A DNA stretch of 64,000 nucleotides from Escherichia coli. GTDB lineage: Bacteria; Pseudomonadota; Gammaproteobacteria; Enterobacterales; Enterobacteriaceae. This document shows, piece by piece, positions 61,315 to 64,000 of the stretch. Where the stretch lies: the NCBI RefSeq assembly GCF_003334385.1, contig NZ_QOWN01000025.1. One strand, 5' to 3'. Every line of letters starts with the position of its first letter. Positions within the stretch are counted from its first letter, which is position 1. The translations under genes and the position numbers were made by a program. The notes under the pieces were generated by a model, which worked only from the letters and a program-made list of their open reading frames with translations, was not told the DNA's origin and searched no databases.

Positions 61315-61648
61315 TGTATTTCCCCAACTTATAGGTTTAGTGTTGTGGAACTAAAGTCTAGCCTGGCGGTTCGACTTTAGCCTGTATTGTTAGCGCCAGT
61401 TTTTAACAGACGCGACGCACGAAGAGCGCAATACAGTCCATTGCTGGCGGGTGTTGACCGCTGACGTTTCGTACGTCATTAAACATTATGCCGCTAAAGG
61501 AAGAATTGAACCAAATCATAAAATCGATTCAGCTTTGGCTTTTCCTGTAACGATTAATTTCGCGCATCAAAATAATTAGTCTGGTTAAATACCAGTTCCG
61601 ACAGGCTGAATCAATGCCAGGAGGGGCGAAAGTTTGAAGCAGGCCACA

Positions 61649-61678
61649 AAAAAGCACCTAAAAAGGTGCTTTTTTACG
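61649..61678. terminator. rho-independent terminator downstream of cysK (bidirectional geometry)
   Basis: AAAAAAGCACC-TAAAAA-GGTGCTTTTTT, 20 nt from the cysK stop. Confidence 0.55.
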
Positions 61679-61697
61679 CATTTTTAACAAGCTGGCA

Positions 61698-62669
61698 TTA
61701 CTGTTGCAATTCTTTCTCAGTGAAGAGATCGGCAAACAATGCGGTGCTTAAATAACGCTCACCCGATGATGGTAGAATAACCACAATATTCTTGTTGGTA
61801 AAGCTTTCATCTTCTTGTAGTTTCAACGCCGCGGCAACAGCTGCTCCAGAAGAGATACCTGCAAGAATACCTTCTTCTTCCATCAGACGACGCGCGGTAG
61901 AAATCGCTTCTTCATTGGTGATGCCAATGACTTTATCGACCAGCTTGAGATCGAGGTTAGCCGGGATAAAACCAGCGCCAATACCCTGAATTTTATGCGG
62001 GCCAGGTTTAATCTCTTCACCTGCCAGCGCCTGGGCGATAACTGGAGAATCGGTTGGCTCAACGGCGACAGAGATAAGATCGGTCTTGCCTTTGGTGCCT
62101 TTAATGTAGCGGCTGACGCCAGTCAGCGTACCGCCAGTCCCAACGCCAGCAATAAATACATCAACCTGACCGTCGGTATCTTCCCATATCTCCAGACCGG
62201 TGGTCTTTTCGTGAATTTCAGGGTTTGCCGGATTGCTGAATTGTTGCAGCAGCAGGTATTTCTCTGGATTGCTGGCGACAATTTCTTCTGCTTTTTGGAT
62301 TGCGCCTTTCATGCCTTTAGCACCTTCCGTCAGCACCAGGTTTGCACCTAACGCTTTCAGCAGCTTGCGGCGTTCAATACTCATGGTTTCTGGCATGGTC
62401 AGGGTGAGTTTGTAACCGCGAGCGGCAGCTACATAGGCCAGTGCAATCCCGGTATTACCGCTGGTCGGTTCAACCAGTTCAACGCCTGGTTTCAGCACGC
62501 CGCGCTTTTCGGCATCCCAAATCATGTTGGCACCGATACGGCACTTAACGCTGAAGCTGGGGTTACGAGATTCCACCTTCGCCAGAATGCGTCCGTTACC
62601 GATGCGATTCAGGCGAACCAGCGGCGTGTGACCGATAGTCAGCGAGTTATCTTCAAAAATCTTACTCAT
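61698..62669 (-). CDS. cysK: cysteine synthase A (O-acetylserine sulfhydrylase)
   Basis: 323 aa PLP enzyme ([26 protein letters not shown]). Confidence 0.95.
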   Translation of the reverse strand: MSKIFEDNSLTIGHTPLVRLNRIGNGRILAKVESRNPSFSVKCRIGANMIWDAEKRGVLKPGVELVEPTSGNTGIALAYVAAARGYKLTLTMPETMSIERRKLLKALGANLVLTEGAKGMKGAIQKAEEIVASNPEKYLLLQQFSNPANPEIHEKTTGLEIWEDTDGQVDVFIAGVGTGGTLTGVSRYIKGTKGKTDLISVAVEPTDSPVIAQALAGEEIKPGPHKIQGIGAGFIPANLDLKLVDKVIGITNEEAISTARRLMEEEGILAGISSGAAVAAALKLQEDESFTNKNIVVILPSSGERYLSTALFADLFTEKELQQ

Positions 62670-62793
62670 GGCCTGTCCTTAACTGTATGAAATTGGGATA
62701 CAACAGGTAGCATACCCGCTCAGAGAATATGCGGAAGTAAGGATTTAGCATATCTATATACAGAAGGGAAATAATGACATGCAAGATGGAATA

Positions 62794-62815
62794 AGGGGCG
62801 GCATAAGCCACCCCT
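62794..62815 (-). terminator. candidate hairpin terminator downstream of cysZ
   Basis: minus strand AGGGGUGGC-UUAU-GCCGCCCCU, 9-bp stem with one G-U; weak U-tract. Confidence 0.3.
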
Positions 62816-62853
62816 GTTTCACACAAACGGTTTACAAAATAACCGGTAGATTG

Positions 62854-63615
62854 TTACCGCCACATCGCGTGTTTATCGCGATAGCAATCGACCCACATCG
62901 CCGTCGCGCCACAAACGGCAACGGGCATGATGAACAGATTAAGCAGCGGGATCATCGTAAACAGGCTGGTTAAAGCACCAAACTGCATATTGGTGATTTT
63001 GCGTGTGCGCAGGGCGGTGCGCATCTCTTTAAACGGCACTTTGTGGTTATCGAAGGGGTAATCGCAATACTGGATGGCTAACATCCAGGCGCTAAACAGG
63101 AACCACAGTACCGGCGCGACGGTTTGCCCAATACCAGGGATGAAGTAAAGAATTAGTAATACAATTGCGCGCGGCAGATACCAGGCAAATTTTTGCCATT
63201 CGCGTTTCATGATTCGCGGCACATCTTTCATGATACCGAAAATCCCGGTATCTGGCGGTGTAGCGCCAGTCAATCGTGCTTCCAGTTGTTCAGCCAATAA
63301 ACCGTTAAACGGAGCGGCAATCCAGTTAGCAATCGTGGAGAAGAAATAGCCAAACACTAACAGCACAGAGATGACAGCCAGAGGCCACAACAGATAACTC
63401 AGCCATTGTAGCCAGTCCGGAACGTAACTCATGAGAGTCGGGATCCAGACATCGAGCTGTGTAAAGAGCCACCAGAATGCGCCCCCCATCAACAAAATAT
63501 TGACCAGCAGCGGTAAAATAACGAAACGCCGAATCCCAGGTTGCGAGACGAGCTTCCAGCCTTGCGCAAAATAGTAAAAACCGCTGCGTGGGGCAGATGT
63601 GAATGATGAAACCAT
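62854..63615 (-). CDS. cysZ: sulfate transporter CysZ
   Basis: 253 aa polytopic membrane protein. Confidence 0.9.
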
Positions 63616-63772
63616 AATCAGGATGAGCTCCTTTTGACCAATCCCAGGAAAATTCTGCGTATTTTACCGGGTAATTGCGCAATGGACAGTTAGGATATGT
63701 TCGAAAAAACAGCAAAAAGCACGATTTCATCTATCTTTGTGCTGTGAAAGTTAATAGTGCACTTGCACTTGA

Positions 63773-64000
<228 letters not shown>

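Overview
This window is a contiguous stretch of Escherichia coli core chromosome, running from hyfA through the eut operon to the start of zipA. I identified it by recognising the encoded proteins and their gene order; no database search was possible. About 68 protein-coding genes are called, with no rRNA, tRNA, CRISPR array, IS element or prophage. The largest system is the 17-gene ethanolamine-utilisation (eut) microcompartment operon (26062..40948). It is contiguous here, with eutA and eutB 11 bp apart, so the CPZ-55 prophage that interrupts this locus in K-12 MG1655 is absent. The clearest anomaly is eutB: one extra G in a G-run (37235..37239) splits the 453-codon gene into two frames. Non-coding content is dominated by REP/BIME palindromic repeats at seven sites, including a 100-bp tandem unit inside the eut operon and two inverted copies of a roughly 115-bp REP-linker-REP element about 11 kb apart. 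I found no evidence of a novel or undescribed system: every gene-sized ORF matches a known E. coli gene of expected length and position. The least-characterised loci (yfeS-yfeK, ypfJ, ypfG, yfeY/yfeZ) are the only places an uncharacterised function could reside. Start codons were adjusted from the ORF track where the annotated E. coli protein begins at an internal ATG, GTG or TTG.
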